Shown here one piece after another: positions 9,419 through 20,630 of a DNA stretch of 64,000 bases. The stretch is from an uncultured delta proteobacterium (GTDB taxonomy: Bacteria > Desulfobacterota > Desulfobacteria > Desulfobacterales > JAFDCJ01): the NCBI GenBank assembly GCA_963769935.1, contig CAVYNY010000016.1, positions 288,001 through 352,000 on the forward strand. Direction: 5' to 3'. A program made the position numbers and the translations under genes. Position 1 is the first letter of the stretch. Every line of letters starts with the position of its first letter. The notes beneath the pieces were generated by a model. The model had not been told where the DNA came from, searched no databases, and worked only from the letters and a program-made list of their open reading frames with translations.

Positions 9419-10123
9419 ATGGAAGCAGTCGCCACTCACAAACCGCCCAATCGGATTACCGATCTGGTATCGCTTAAAGCGCAGGGGTTTGAAGTTGTCT
9501 GTAATCCTTCGTTTGAAATTTTGCCGGTCGACTTTGTCCATCGCGACAACAGATACCGCGCCTATGTTTTTCTCTGCCGCTTCAAGGGCGAGATTAACGG
9601 ACAGGCATACCTGTTCCGCAAATGCTATGCCCGGGGGTGCCCGCACAATCTGTGTCCCCATGTATCCCAGGCAGTAATGATCGCCAATCGGTACCTGCAA
9701 AGAGATTACAAACGGCTGGCAGACGCCGGGGTGCCGGTGGAAAAGCATTTGTTCACGCTGGAGGACATGGTGGTAAAATTCGATGAAATGCAGGAAGAAC
9801 ACGAGCCTCTGCTGGCGATTCACGACTATATCAATATCGCCAAGGAAGGCAACGCGGTCGCAGTGGCTATGGCCCTGGATTTTGTTCCCGGGGTGGAGCA
9901 TTTCGCCAATTACAAAAACCAGCAGATTTTTTTGATGGCGCGTTTCTCTATTACGACTCTGGGCCGAACTTATCCATATGAGCGCTGCCTGGCTTGTTAT
10001 GAGGCTGCAAAAGAAGCGCAGGAAAAACCGCAGAAGATCGATGTCGCCAATGAACGCTTGGCGATACTATACGATGAATTTGACCGGGCATCGATAAAAT
10101 ACGAAAAGCGTTTTTTCGGTTAA
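9419..10123 (+). CDS. Hypothetical protein with Cys/His cluster
   Basis: 234 aa ORF, GAGG RBS, KCYARGCPHNLCPH. Confidence 0.75.
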   Translation: MEAVATHKPPNRITDLVSLKAQGFEVVCNPSFEILPVDFVHRDNRYRAYVFLCRFKGEINGQAYLFRKCYARGCPHNLCPHVSQAVMIANRYLQRDYKRLADAGVPVEKHLFTLEDMVVKFDEMQEEHEPLLAIHDYINIAKEGNAVAVAMALDFVPGVEHFANYKNQQIFLMARFSITTLGRTYPYERCLACYEAAKEAQEKPQKIDVANERLAILYDEFDRASIKYEKRFFG

Positions 10124-10185
10124 GCAAAATATTGGACGACACCGTTTTTTAAGGCAACAATTCGATCTAGATGGGAGGCCTGAAT

Positions 10186-10449
10186 ATGTATGCATTGATC
10201 TATGACGAATTTGATCGATCAAAGCGCGAAAAGAAGGTGGTCTCGGTTCATCAATCCAGAGATACGGCCGACCAAGCTCTGCAGAAACGCCAGCGTTCTC
10301 TGGATAAAAAAGTTTGGGAATGCAACACCCGGATCGTTTGGGTTTACACTAAGGTTCACCCCGGCGATACGATTACACCGGATTTGTTTGACACCTGGGC
10401 GCCGGGTGAAAAAATCCCCCCGGGAGATAGGGTTCCTGATGGGGATTAG
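10186..10449 (+). CDS. Hypothetical protein
   Basis: GGAGG RBS, protein-like composition, follows the previous ORF. Confidence 0.7.
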   Translation: MYALIYDEFDRSKREKKVVSVHQSRDTADQALQKRQRSLDKKVWECNTRIVWVYTKVHPGDTITPDLFDTWAPGEKIPPGDRVPDGD

Positions 10450-10525
10450 CTGAATACTATGATCGGAATTACCCAAAAGCCGTTTGAAGAAATCCTCGCA
10501 GCCGAGAAAATCTACGATCGGGCAG

Positions 10526-10744
10526 CTAATATTTTTTGCCGTTTAGATCCTCGATATATATTCCGTCGGCTTTGGCGAGGACATTTAAGACCGGGGTAGA
10601 CAGGCTTTGATGCAAAAAATATTTTTTCTCTGCTTCGAACCACTTCTTTGATTCCCCCAGTAAATTTCGCTCCCAATATTTGCGGCGGTTCTTGGTCGTA
10701 TTGACATCTCCCTGTTCGCGCTCGATGGGTTTGTCTTTTTCCAT
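10526..10744 (-). pseudogene. N-terminal fragment of a class III aminotransferase (PbfA-like)
   Basis: QGDVN..YFLHQSLSTPVLNVL..ADGIYIEDLNGKKY then stop; AGGAG RBS. Confidence 0.7.
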
Positions 10745-10789
10745 TGGCTGCTCCTGTTCTAAAAGCATATACGATAATAATTTTGAGGT

Positions 10790-11112
10790 TCTTCTCCAAT
10801 TTAGTGTGGAGAAGAACCTAAATATTAAAATTCCTCTGGAAATTTCCAGCAAGCGCGCCATCAAGCGCGCCGTCGAAGAGGGAATCGGAATTGCTTTGAT
10901 ATCCAGGAAGGTCGCCCGGGAGGAAATCCAGGCCGGCAGGCTCATGGCCATCCCGCTCTCCGACCCATCCATGACCCGCAATTTTTTTTATGATCCACCA
11001 CAAGGACAAATACATATCGGAACCCCTGCAGGGATTTATTGATATGGTTTTTAAGTGGGCCGCAGAATATGCTGAAGGTCTTGTCTATACGCGCAGGGAT
11101 GGTTCACTTTGA
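10790..11112 (+). pseudogene. C-terminal fragment of a LysR-family regulator, frameshifted
   Basis: LEISSKRAIKRAVEEGIGIALIS..RNFF, then frameshift in the T run at about 10982-10989 into MIHHKDKYIS; no HTH. Confidence 0.75.
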
Positions 11113-11466
11113 AAGGTTTGCAAAAAAACAGAAGGCTGGCGATAACGGGATTACTGTTTTTCCTGTCGTCTATTTCACTCGTTTGAAGGCGTGAATTAAA
11201 AAGAGCAATAGTGCAGCCACGATAAACCAGAAGAATAAGGGCCAAGTGAAAATAACCTCGGCGATTTTATGCAAAAAAGCGATGGGATACGATCATTGAT
11301 CCAGGCCAGATATTTATCGTCCAGAATGTCTATGCGGCGGATGTTTTTGAAGACAAATTTATCCGATATACCAAGTTCTAAAAAAGCTGCGATGGCTTGA
11401 TAACCCAACAGGCATAGAGCTGCCAGTAAAAATAGGAAGCCGGCAAGACTGAATATGGGTCGGTTT

Positions 11467-11688
11467 CTACTTTTGCAAATAAAACCTGGCTCTTTGCAGG
11501 GCAAGGATGGTCACAGCATCGCTTATCTGTCCCGGCTCGATCATCTCCAGCGTTTCTTTCAACGGATATTTAACAATCTCGATGATCTCGTCTTTATCCA
11601 GCTTCTGTTCGGATTGCTTTAACCCCCTGGCGAGAAAAACATAGATTTTTTCGTCCGAATAGGCCGGAATGATGTCCACCTGGGACAA
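11467..11688 (-). pseudogene. C-terminal fragment of a NUDIX (ADP-ribose pyrophosphatase-like) hydrolase
   Basis: PAYSDEKIYVFLARGL..LDKDEIIE..GQISDAVTILAL; Nudix box absent. Confidence 0.7.
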
Positions 11689-11778
11689 TTCAACAAATTG
11701 TGATGAAATGATTTCGTGCTTGCCATTTTCTTTCCATTCTTTTAGGCTTCTGACATCTGTTAAAGAAAGGAGACCGCC

Positions 11779-12967
11779 ATGTATGGAAAAATTCGTGATG
11801 AATTAAAACAAACGTTAAAAGAAATCACCGAAGCGGGTCTTTACAAATCCGAACGCAGCATCACCTCCTCCCAGCAGGCCCGGATCAGCGTCGGTGACAA
11901 AAAGGTGCTGAACATGTGCGCCAACAACTATCTGGGTTTGGCCGACAACAAGCAGATCATTGAAGCCGTCAAAAAGGGTCTGGATGAACGGGGATTCGGC
12001 ATGGCCTCCGTGCGTTTCATTTGCGGTACCCAGGACATCCACCGCGAACTGGAAAGAAAAATCAGCGGCTATCTTAAGACCGATGACACGATTCTCTATT
12101 CATCGTGTTTTGATGCCAATGCCGGACTTTTTGAAACAGTGCTGGATGAAAAGGATGGCATCATTTCAGACGCCTTGAACCACGCCTCGATCATCGACGG
12201 CGTCCGTCTTTGCAAAGCGACTCGCTATCGGTATGACCATGGTGATATGCAGTCGCTGGAGGGGTGTTTGAAAGAAGCCGCCGGGGCAAAGACCCGGATG
12301 ATCGCCACCGACGGTGTCTTCAGTATGGACGGCGATTATGCCAAACTGGATCGGATCTGTGACCTGGCGGAAAAATACGACGCACTGGTAATGGTGGACG
12401 ACAGCCACGCCACCGGTTTTGTAGGACCCACCGGCCGCGGCACGCCGGAACTCTGCGGCGGTCCAGGGTCGGGTCGATGTGATCACTTCAACCCTTGGCA
12501 AGGCCCTGGGCGGCGCCTCCGGCGGATTTACGACCGGCCGCAAACATATCATAGAAATTCTCAGGCAGCGCTCCCGGCCGTACCTGTTTTCAAATTCGGT
12601 GGCGCCCCCGATTGTCGCGGCCGCCTTGAAAACGATTGATCTGCTGGAAAGCTCCGGCGATGCCCGAGAGACCCTGGCCGAAAATACCAAATACTTCCGG
12701 GAAGAAATTACCAAAGCCGGCTTTTCCATTAAACCCGGCACCCATCCCATTGTACCCATCATGCTGGGAGACGCCAAACTGGCCCAGCAAATGGCTGCCG
12801 GCCTGCTGGAGGAAGGAGTTTTTGCGGTGGGGTTTTTCTATCCGGTAGTCCCCAAAGGCCAGGCGCGCATCCGCGTCCAGATCTCGGCCGCCCATTCAAG
12901 AGCGGATCTGGCGTTTGCGGTGGAGAAGTTTATAAAAGTCGGCAAAGAGTTGGAAGTGATAACATGA
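11779..12967 (+). CDS. kbl: 2-amino-3-ketobutyrate CoA ligase (glycine C-acetyltransferase), split by a +1 frameshift at about 12460
   Basis: [30 protein letters not shown] in the first frame; [19 protein letters not shown] in the second; removing one G restores [18 protein letters not shown]. Confidence 0.93.
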
Positions 12968-13094
12968 AGATAATTTAATTGAATGGATTCTAATTTATAT
13001 TAAAATCCAAATAATCCTGTAAATCCTGTCAATATATTTAACATAAAATAGAATCCATTCCTTATTTTTAGCTCATTATGAAAGGCACGATGTT

Positions 13095-14132
13095 ATGAAA
13101 ATGAAGGCGCTCGTCAAAGCCAGACCGGAGCCCGGCATCTGGCTGGAAGAAGTTCCGGTGCCCGAAATCGGGATCAACGACGTTCTGATCAAGATTCATA
13201 AAACGTCTATTTGCGGCACCGACGTTCACATCTACAACTGGGACGCCTGGGCTCAGAAAACGATTCCGGTTCCGATGCATGTCGGCCATGAATTTGTCGG
13301 CATCATTGCCGAAATCGGCGGCAACGTGCATGACTTTAAACCCGGTGACATTGTCTCCGGCGAGGGGCATCTGGTCTGCGGACGCTGCCGCAATTGTCTG
13401 GCGGGCCGCCGCCACCTTTGTATGAAAACCAGCGGGGTGGGTGTCAATCGGCCCGGGGCCTTTGCCGAATATTTGCAGATTCCGGTCACCAACGCCTGGT
13501 ACTGCGACCCCAATATTCCCCTGGATATTCTTTCCTGCTTCGATCCGCTGGGAAACGCCACCCACACCGCACTTTCTTTTGACGTGCTGGGTGAAGACGT
13601 TCTGATTACCGGCGCCGGGCCCATCGGATGTATGGCCGCCGCCATTGCCAAACATGCCGGCGCTCGGTATGTGGTGGTCACCGATGTCAATCCCTACCGG
13701 TTGAAACTGGCAAAAAAAATGGGCGCTACCCTGACCCTGGACGTTCGCCGTGAAAAGATAGCGGATGCGCAAAATGAACTTGGCATGAAAGAAGGTTTTG
13801 ACGTGGGCATGGAAATGTCCGGCAGCCCTGATGCCTTGCGCTCCATGCTGCCCAGCATGTGCCACGGCGCGAAGATAGCGCTGCTGGGAATCCTGCCGCC
13901 GGATACCGCCATTGACTGGGATTATGTTGTCTTCAACGGGCTGACCATCAAGGGAATCTATGGCCGTGAAATGTACGAAACCTGGTATAAAATGACGGTC
14001 ATGATCCAGAGCGGACTGGATATCAATCCCATCATTACCCATCGATTCCACTACACCGAGTATAAAAAAGCTTTCGAGGTGATGCGGTCGGGCGAGTCCG
14101 GCAAAGTTGTTTTAAGCTGGGTGGATGCATAA
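13095..14132 (+). CDS. tdh: L-threonine 3-dehydrogenase
   Basis: [41 protein letters not shown]; downstream of kbl. Confidence 0.96.
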   Translation: MKMKALVKARPEPGIWLEEVPVPEIGINDVLIKIHKTSICGTDVHIYNWDAWAQKTIPVPMHVGHEFVGIIAEIGGNVHDFKPGDIVSGEGHLVCGRCRNCLAGRRHLCMKTSGVGVNRPGAFAEYLQIPVTNAWYCDPNIPLDILSCFDPLGNATHTALSFDVLGEDVLITGAGPIGCMAAAIAKHAGARYVVVTDVNPYRLKLAKKMGATLTLDVRREKIADAQNELGMKEGFDVGMEMSGSPDALRSMLPSMCHGAKIALLGILPPDTAIDWDYVVFNGLTIKGIYGREMYETWYKMTVMIQSGLDINPIITHRFHYTEYKKAFEVMRSGESGKVVLSWVDA

Positions 14133-14454
14133 GCGCTTGGCGGATGCGCGGCGACAATTGGTTGTGATGGTGTCGGTGCTGGAGAAGGTTTCAGGTGTTC
14201 CGACTTCTGGCGGACCGCTGGACTGAAAACGGCCAAGTCTAAAATCAATAACAAATAAATCCAAATTGCAACATCGAACATCGAAACTGATTAAATCTGA
14301 AAAAGTCAGCAGTTGTACTTTTTAAGGTTTTAGAACTTTCTTGCTTTGGTGATAAGATGATCCTGGATTAATGGGGAGCGGTGAAAAAACCAGGCAAAGT
14401 TCCATTTGGAATTTGTTATTTGATATTTTCTAATTGCTCATATGAAACTACATC

Positions 14455-14690
14455 TCACACAGAGCGCTCAGAGATCACAGAGGTCTGGGTTTACAGGCGC
14501 CTGCGGCGAAAGAAAAATGTTCTCTGCGGTCTCTGTGAACTCTAACGGCTTGTCGGGTCGTAGCTCGAAGAGCGAAGCCTGAAAGTGGGCGGGATATTAA
14601 ATCCAACTGTGTCCGATTTCCAAAAGTTTCTTTTATGATCAGACCGGCCGTTGGTTTGGCCGGCGGCGGGGCTGACACCTGAAACCTTTC
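14455..14690. repeat. Intergenic palindromic/repeat patch
   Basis: cacagag/ctctgtg arms, ggccg..cggcc hairpin, gacacctgaaacc motif also seen at about 9320. Confidence 0.5.
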
Positions 14691-14762
14691 CAAATGGCTC
14701 GTGATAAATTTTCTGCCCGGCGCGCGCCACTTTGCCCAAGCGCTGCCTTGGAAGCGGCGCGG

Positions 14763-15929
14763 TTACTTCTTCTTGTGAAAATCCACAATCTCTGCGACGG
14801 CTTCGATGGCAGCTCTGATGTGATCCTCCGTATTGAAAGGGCCGATACTCATCCGGACCGATCCTCCGATCTTATCGGTACCCAGTTGTTCGTGCACCAG
14901 GGGCGCGCAGTGCAGCCCGGTACGGCAAGCAATATTGTACTCGCCGTCCAGCAGGGTACCCGTATTAAGGGCCTCCATTCCATCGATATTGAAGGTGACA
15001 ACGGCAATATGATCCGCCAGATCTTCCTGACAATACAGGGTCACACCCTCCAGTTCAGCGAGCCCGTCTCTTAGCATATGGGCCAGCTGCATTTCATGCC
15101 GGTGGATGTGATCGATTCCTCTCTCTTTTATCCACTTCAGGCCCGCATGCAGCCCGGCAATGCCCAGGACATTGCCGGTACCGTACTCCAGTCGATAGGG
15201 ATATTCGTCCAAGTGCAGGCGATCGGCCGACCGAACCCCTGTTCCGCCGGCACGGGTATGCCGAATCTCGATCCCCTCCCTGACATAAAGTCCCCCGATG
15301 CCGGTCGGCCCCAACAGAGATTTATGGCCGGTAAAAGCCACAATATCGACCTTTAATTTATCGATATCGATCGATACCTTCCCGGCGGACTGAGAGGCAT
15401 CAATGGCAAAAGGAACCCCCTGCTCGCGGCAGATGCGTCCGATAGCTGCGACCGGCTGAAGCGTCCCGATGACGTTGGAGGCCTGGTTTACGATGACCAG
15501 ACGGGTATTGGACTTGATTTTTTGTTTGATATCGTCCGGATCGACAAATCCGTTCGCATCGAAGGGAACGTAGTCAACCTCGACCCCGTTAAATTTGTTC
15601 TGATGATAGAGAGGCCGCAGCACGGAATTGTGCTCAAGCGTGGTGGTGACGGCATGATCGCCCTGCTGCAGCATCCCGAAAATAATAAGGTTAAGGGCGT
15701 CGGTGGAGTTATACGAAAAGCACAGCCGGTTGGGATCATGGCCGTTAAAAAAGTCAGCCAGCATCCGGCGGGTGTTGTCTACCAGAGCCCCGGTTTCCAT
15801 GCACAGATCATAGCCGGAACGTCCCGGGTTGACCCCGAAGCTCCGATAAAAAGAGTCCATAAAGGTATATACTTCATCCGGTTTGGGATATGAGGTGGCG
15901 CCATTGTCAAGATAAATCAAGTTTTCCAT
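14763..15929 (-). CDS. Class V aminotransferase, cysteine desulfurase family
   Basis: IYLDNGATS, EHNSVLRP, DASQSAG, FTGHKSLLGPTG, RTGLHCAP. Confidence 0.92.
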   Translation of the reverse strand: MENLIYLDNGATSYPKPDEVYTFMDSFYRSFGVNPGRSGYDLCMETGALVDNTRRMLADFFNGHDPNRLCFSYNSTDALNLIIFGMLQQGDHAVTTTLEHNSVLRPLYHQNKFNGVEVDYVPFDANGFVDPDDIKQKIKSNTRLVIVNQASNVIGTLQPVAAIGRICREQGVPFAIDASQSAGKVSIDIDKLKVDIVAFTGHKSLLGPTGIGGLYVREGIEIRHTRAGGTGVRSADRLHLDEYPYRLEYGTGNVLGIAGLHAGLKWIKERGIDHIHRHEMQLAHMLRDGLAELEGVTLYCQEDLADHIAVVTFNIDGMEALNTGTLLDGEYNIACRTGLHCAPLVHEQLGTDKIGGSVRMSIGPFNTEDHIRAAIEAVAEIVDFHKKK

Positions 15930-16086
15930 TCCAAAATCTCCTGATGTTAATAAAATTATGTAGTATATGGAAACCATCAGAATTTTGCAAGAGTAAAGGA
16001 TCAGAGATTTGGCTTTACTTTAAAACAGCTTTATCGGATAATGTGTTTACCGATCATGAAATGCCGGATCTCCCACAGGAATTGGA

Positions 16087-17100
16087 ATGAATTCAGACCA
16101 TTCTAAAAAATTCGGACACCTTCTGGTTGATTTCATCAATGCCGACGGCACGGAAAATGCGCTCCAATCCTTTCTTTACAATCTTCAGTCCCATTTCTCA
16201 TTTTCAACGGATTTTTATGAAAAGGTAAAGCATCTGTTTCCATCCATTAATATCTTTGCGGCCGCGCTGAATAAAGACGAATACAAGCTGCTGGAATTAA
16301 TATTAATGAAAAACAGGATCGTTGAAAAGCTTAATGACCAGTTCAAATTAATAAACTACCGTATCGAAAATTATGCCCCGTTTTCAAGGACCCTCAGCCT
16401 GATGAGCCTCGAAGGGAATCGTGACACGGTCGCCAAGCGGCAGAAGGATGCTGCCATGGGTCCGGCTGAGCCGAACAGCGGCGGTTTTTTGCAGACATTA
16501 AACCTGCTGGGCCTTTCGATCGTTGATGGACCGGTCAGCATCAAGATCGATGCCCTCAAGGGCGAAATCGAAGACCTCCTGGGGCCGCTGGCGGCCGGCC
16601 AAATCACCAATCTTATCCAAGCAGGTCATGCCATCGAAGAAGTGATTCCAGGGCTTCCCGCCGGAAAATATGAAGCGCTGCACTCCCTGGCGGAAGAACA
16701 TCGGGAGCTTTTAGATTTTCATAAGAAAGTCGGCGATCTTCAATCCGACTGCGAAGAAACCCTGAGAATGCTCCTGGACGGCAGACCTTATCATGATATT
16801 CCGGCGCTGGTTGCATTCCTGGAAGTATACAACACGACCGACTATCAACGATTGATAATTGCCGACTGCAATCGGCTTGTAGCTGTATTTTCAATCGACG
16901 AACGCAAATATTTTGCAATCAGGCAAATCGAGGGTTGGCTGGATGCACTGCAAAAAGTAATTGCATATTTTCTGATAGAATTTTTAAAATCGGAAAAAAA
17001 CATAAATTATGTGAAAAAGTGCCGGACTTGCAGCCGGTATTTCATTGCCCGACAGCCCAAAATTCAAAAATTTTGCAGCAAAGCGTGTCGCGCAAGGTGA
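16087..17100 (+). CDS. Hypothetical protein with C-terminal CGNR-like zinc finger
   Basis: KKCRTCSRYF..KFCSKACR at the C-terminus. Confidence 0.7.
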   Translation: MNSDHSKKFGHLLVDFINADGTENALQSFLYNLQSHFSFSTDFYEKVKHLFPSINIFAAALNKDEYKLLELILMKNRIVEKLNDQFKLINYRIENYAPFSRTLSLMSLEGNRDTVAKRQKDAAMGPAEPNSGGFLQTLNLLGLSIVDGPVSIKIDALKGEIEDLLGPLAAGQITNLIQAGHAIEEVIPGLPAGKYEALHSLAEEHRELLDFHKKVGDLQSDCEETLRMLLDGRPYHDIPALVAFLEVYNTTDYQRLIIADCNRLVAVFSIDERKYFAIRQIEGWLDALQKVIAYFLIEFLKSEKNINYVKKCRTCSRYFIARQPKIQKFCSKACRAR

Positions 17101-17113
17101 AAAAAGTGACTGA

Positions 17114-17326
17114 TTACCAGGGTATCGGCTGGCGATCGTGGAAAAATCCGCCGCTTGGACCGCCATCCGGCGGTGTGGCCAACCAGGCCGGGGTATCAGC
17201 CCCCTGCTCCGGCGACAGCGGCGCCTGACTTCCGCCCATGTCTGTGCGCACCCATCCCGGGCAGACGGAATTAATCAGGATGTTGGCACCGGTTACCAAA
17301 GCGACGCGTTTTTCTGAATTTGGCAT
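17114..17326 (-). pseudogene. SDR (carbonyl reductase-like) with large in-frame internal deletion
   Basis: N-terminal RVALVTGAN joined directly to C-terminal ILINSVCPGWVRTDMGG..GADT..WLA. Confidence 0.85.
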
Positions 17327-17416
17327 GTCATCGTGCTCCGAATTACTCCGCCCTGAAAAATAGCGATACCAGGATTGGATAAAACATAGTCGCCCAATTG
17401 AAACTGAGGTGGATTC

Positions 17417-18138
17417 TCAACGTTGCCCGGACGGATTAATTATCTTATTCAAATCAAGCAATAGCTCCAGGCCTGTAATTACAGGCACCGAGGTTTGCGC
17501 TTCCGGCCAGTTACGGTGCACGCTGTGATGCTGCAGCCATATGGGATGCAAGCCGGCATCCTGCGCCCCGCGGATATCGATGCGATAGTCATCGCCCACA
17601 TAAACCGCCTCGGAAGGTGCGGTCTGCAGCTGCGCCAGGCAGCGGCGAAACGGTTCCGCATCCGGTTTGGGGGGGATGCCGCCTTCGCCGGCCACAATGA
17701 TTACCTTGAAAAATTTTTCGAGTTCAGGAAATAAGCTGATGCGGTGGTTGCCGGCTGTTTTCTGTGTCCCTGGGTGTTGGTAATCAGGGCAACCTTGTAT
17801 TTACTGTTGAGGGCGGCCAGCACCTGCTCGGCCTCGGGGAAGAGAGATGTATGTCGCTTCACCGTTTCCCAGTATTCGGCTTCCCAGTTATCAAGTGATC
17901 TTTCATCGGGCGCATGGCAGTAGTAAAAATAGACTTCATGAAACAGTGATTTCCTGGAGAAATTGGATTGTTCATGAAACTCCTTGCGCAGCCGCCGGTA
18001 GACATTCATAAAATCCGGCCGGATCGTAAGGTCCAGACTTGAAAAAAGTTTGGCCTGGGCCTGCTTTTCGGCCGTGCGAAAGCCGTTGGCCGAGTCCACC
18101 AGGGTCTGTCCGAAGTCGAAAATAATAGCTTTGATCAT
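17417..18138 (-). pseudogene. HAD-family hydrolase with one frameshift at about 17765
   Basis: IIFDFGQTL, ITNTQG, then KPDAEPF and YVGDDYRIDIRGA in another frame. Confidence 0.8.
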
Positions 18139-18297
18139 GATGTTAATGGTTAGGTGTTTGGTGTTTGGTGTTGCGGTTCGAGGTGCGCGTTGCGAGTTTC
18201 AAAAAGTTAGCCGATAGCTCATAGCTGATAGTAAAATGATTTGAATCCTATTCATAAACTATGAGCTGTGAGCTATGAACTATGAACTTTTTTGATA

Positions 18298-19176
18298 TCA
18301 CCTCGCCAGCGAGATGAGAAACCCGCCGCTGAATATGATCAACGCCCCGGTCAGGCGCATACCCCTGTGCTTTTCCTTGAGCAGGTGGCTTCCCATGAGC
18401 ACGGCAAAAACGATACTGGTTTGTCTCAGGCCCACGATGTAGCTGACGCGCTCGATAGTGAACGCAACCAGAATCAGCGCGTATCCGGTAATGCCGATCA
18501 CGCCCGCCATAATAATCCGGCTTGATCCGGTATGCCATTCTTTTCGGATCATGACGGCATTTTTTGTCAGCGCGATGTAGGGTGTATAGTAGCACATCCC
18601 GATAAATAGATGCAAAAAGGCGAACAGGATGGGATGGATGACGGCAACCGCCAATTTGTCCACAATCGAATAAAAGGCCACTGAAACCAGCGTCAAAAAG
18701 GCAAACTGCGTGGAGCGGTCGTTGGCAATGGATTTGACGGGTGCCAACAACTCGGCTCCGGATATCTGCTTCATGTTAATGATGTAGACGCCGACAGCCA
18801 CCAGCAGAATACCGGCAACCCCCTGAGCCGATACCTGTTCGCCCAGAAACAGCACGGCAATTACTAATACCAGCGCCGGGGAAGAGCGCATGATTGGATA
18901 AACATGCGACAGATCTCCTTCCTTGTAAGAATTCGTTAAAAAAATCCAGTATAAAAAGTGAATAAACCCGGAGCCCGCGCACCAGGCATAGGCGGCCGGA
19001 TTCGGGATACCGACCCGCAAGAGAAAAAAGAGGAACAAGGGTGCAAAAAAGAGCAAGGCAAACAGGGAGTACAACCACAGGAAAACCTGCTTGTCGCCGG
19101 ATTCTTTGGTAAACAAGCTGCGGATCGCATGGAACAGCGCAGAGAGCAGGACGAGGGCAATGGCAAGGGCGCTCAT
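18298..19176 (-). CDS. EamA/DMT-family transporter
   Basis: About ten hydrophobic segments, GDLSHVYPIMRSSP, LRQTSIVF. Confidence 0.9.
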   Translation of the reverse strand: MSALAIALVLLSALFHAIRSLFTKESGDKQVFLWLYSLFALLFFAPLFLFFLLRVGIPNPAAYAWCAGSGFIHFLYWIFLTNSYKEGDLSHVYPIMRSSPALVLVIAVLFLGEQVSAQGVAGILLVAVGVYIINMKQISGAELLAPVKSIANDRSTQFAFLTLVSVAFYSIVDKLAVAVIHPILFAFLHLFIGMCYYTPYIALTKNAVMIRKEWHTGSSRIIMAGVIGITGYALILVAFTIERVSYIVGLRQTSIVFAVLMGSHLLKEKHRGMRLTGALIIFSGGFLISLAR

Positions 19177-19292
19177 GGATCACCGTGTTGATTTACGATT
19201 TAGAAATAAAAACTAAACCTACCTGAGTTTGCCGCTGATTGCCAGTCTAAAAGACGTTGCTCGACCCCGATGATGGCCCATTGTCCGCTTAA

Positions 19293-20597
19293 TCAGGCAT
19301 CTTCTTTACGCAACGGATTATTGGGATGGGTCGTCCAGTTGGCAGGTTCACTATCGGCAGGCAGTCCGGTGCGGGGGTCTAGACCTTCGCTTAAATGGTT
19401 CATGGTGATACAATCTTCGATGGGACAGACACTGACACACAGGTTGCAGCCAACGCAAGCCTCGTCTTTAACGACAAACTTGCGCTCGCCGTCGACGGTG
19501 TCTGTAATTGCCTGGTGGGACGTATCTTCACAGGCAATATAGCACCGGCCGCATTTGATGCATAATTGCTGGTCGATATATGCCTTTTCGATGTAATTTA
19601 AATTCAGATATTTCCAGTCGGTCACAGACGGTACGGCCCGGCCCACCAAATCATGCACCGAAGCCATTCCTTTTTCATCGAGGAAATTGTTCAACCCGTC
19701 GATCAGGCCTTCCACGATCTTAAAACCATAAACCATTGCAGCGGTGCAAACCTGCACGGTTGTGGAACCCAGCGCGATATAATCGACCGCATCACGCCAG
19801 GTCGTTATGCCGCCGATACCTGAAATCGGGAGATCACGGGTTTCCGCCGTGCGGGCAATCTCAGCCACCATGTTCAGAGAGATCGGTTTGACGGCTGGGC
19901 CGCAATAGCCGCCGTGGGTCCCCATGCCATCGGTGGTGGGATACATCGTCAGCGAATCGTAGTCGACGCGCATAATCGAATTTATCGTATTGATTAACGA
20001 GACGGCGTCGGCACCGCCCGCCTTGGCGGCCCTGGCCGGGTGCAGAATGTTGGTGATATTGGGGGTCAATTTAACGATCACCGGAACCGATGCGTACTTC
20101 TTGCACCATTCGGTGGCCATTTGTACATATTCCGGCACCTGCCCCACTGCGGATCCCATGCCCCTTTCGGACATACCATGGGGACAGCCGAAGTTAAGCT
20201 CGAACCCATCCGCCCCCGTGTCTTCTATCATCGGGACATATTCGGCCCAGGATTTCTCGTTCATCGGCAGCATCACCGACGCAATCAAGGGACGATCAGG
20301 CCAATCCCGTTTGATCTGCCGCATCTCTTTTAAATTGGTTTGCAGCGGTCGGTCGGTAATCAGCTCAATGTTGTTAAATCCGATCACCTGCCGGTCATCG
20401 GCATGCAGCGCAGCATATCTGGGGCCGTTTACATTGACAATATGGGGGTCTTCGCCCAATGTTTTCCAGACAACTCCGCCCCAGCCCGCTTCGAAAGCAC
20501 GATTTACATTGTAAGCCTTATCGGTCGGCGGGCCGGATGCCAGCCAAAAAGGGTTGGGAGATGTGAGGCCGATAAAGTTAGTTTGCAAATTAGCCAT
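19293..20597 (-). CDS. preA: NAD-dependent dihydropyrimidine dehydrogenase subunit PreA
   Basis: NPFWLASGPPT, ELNFGCPHGM, KLTPN, INT, C-terminal CIKCGRC and CVGCNLC. Confidence 0.95.
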   Translation of the reverse strand: MANLQTNFIGLTSPNPFWLASGPPTDKAYNVNRAFEAGWGGVVWKTLGEDPHIVNVNGPRYAALHADDRQVIGFNNIELITDRPLQTNLKEMRQIKRDWPDRPLIASVMLPMNEKSWAEYVPMIEDTGADGFELNFGCPHGMSERGMGSAVGQVPEYVQMATEWCKKYASVPVIVKLTPNITNILHPARAAKAGGADAVSLINTINSIMRVDYDSLTMYPTTDGMGTHGGYCGPAVKPISLNMVAEIARTAETRDLPISGIGGITTWRDAVDYIALGSTTVQVCTAAMVYGFKIVEGLIDGLNNFLDEKGMASVHDLVGRAVPSVTDWKYLNLNYIEKAYIDQQLCIKCGRCYIACEDTSHQAITDTVDGERKFVVKDEACVGCNLCVSVCPIEDCITMNHLSEGLDPRTGLPADSEPANWTTHPNNPLRKEDA

Positions 20598-20630
20598 TGT
20601 TTTTCCTCGCGGTAGTCTTGTTCGGATTGT

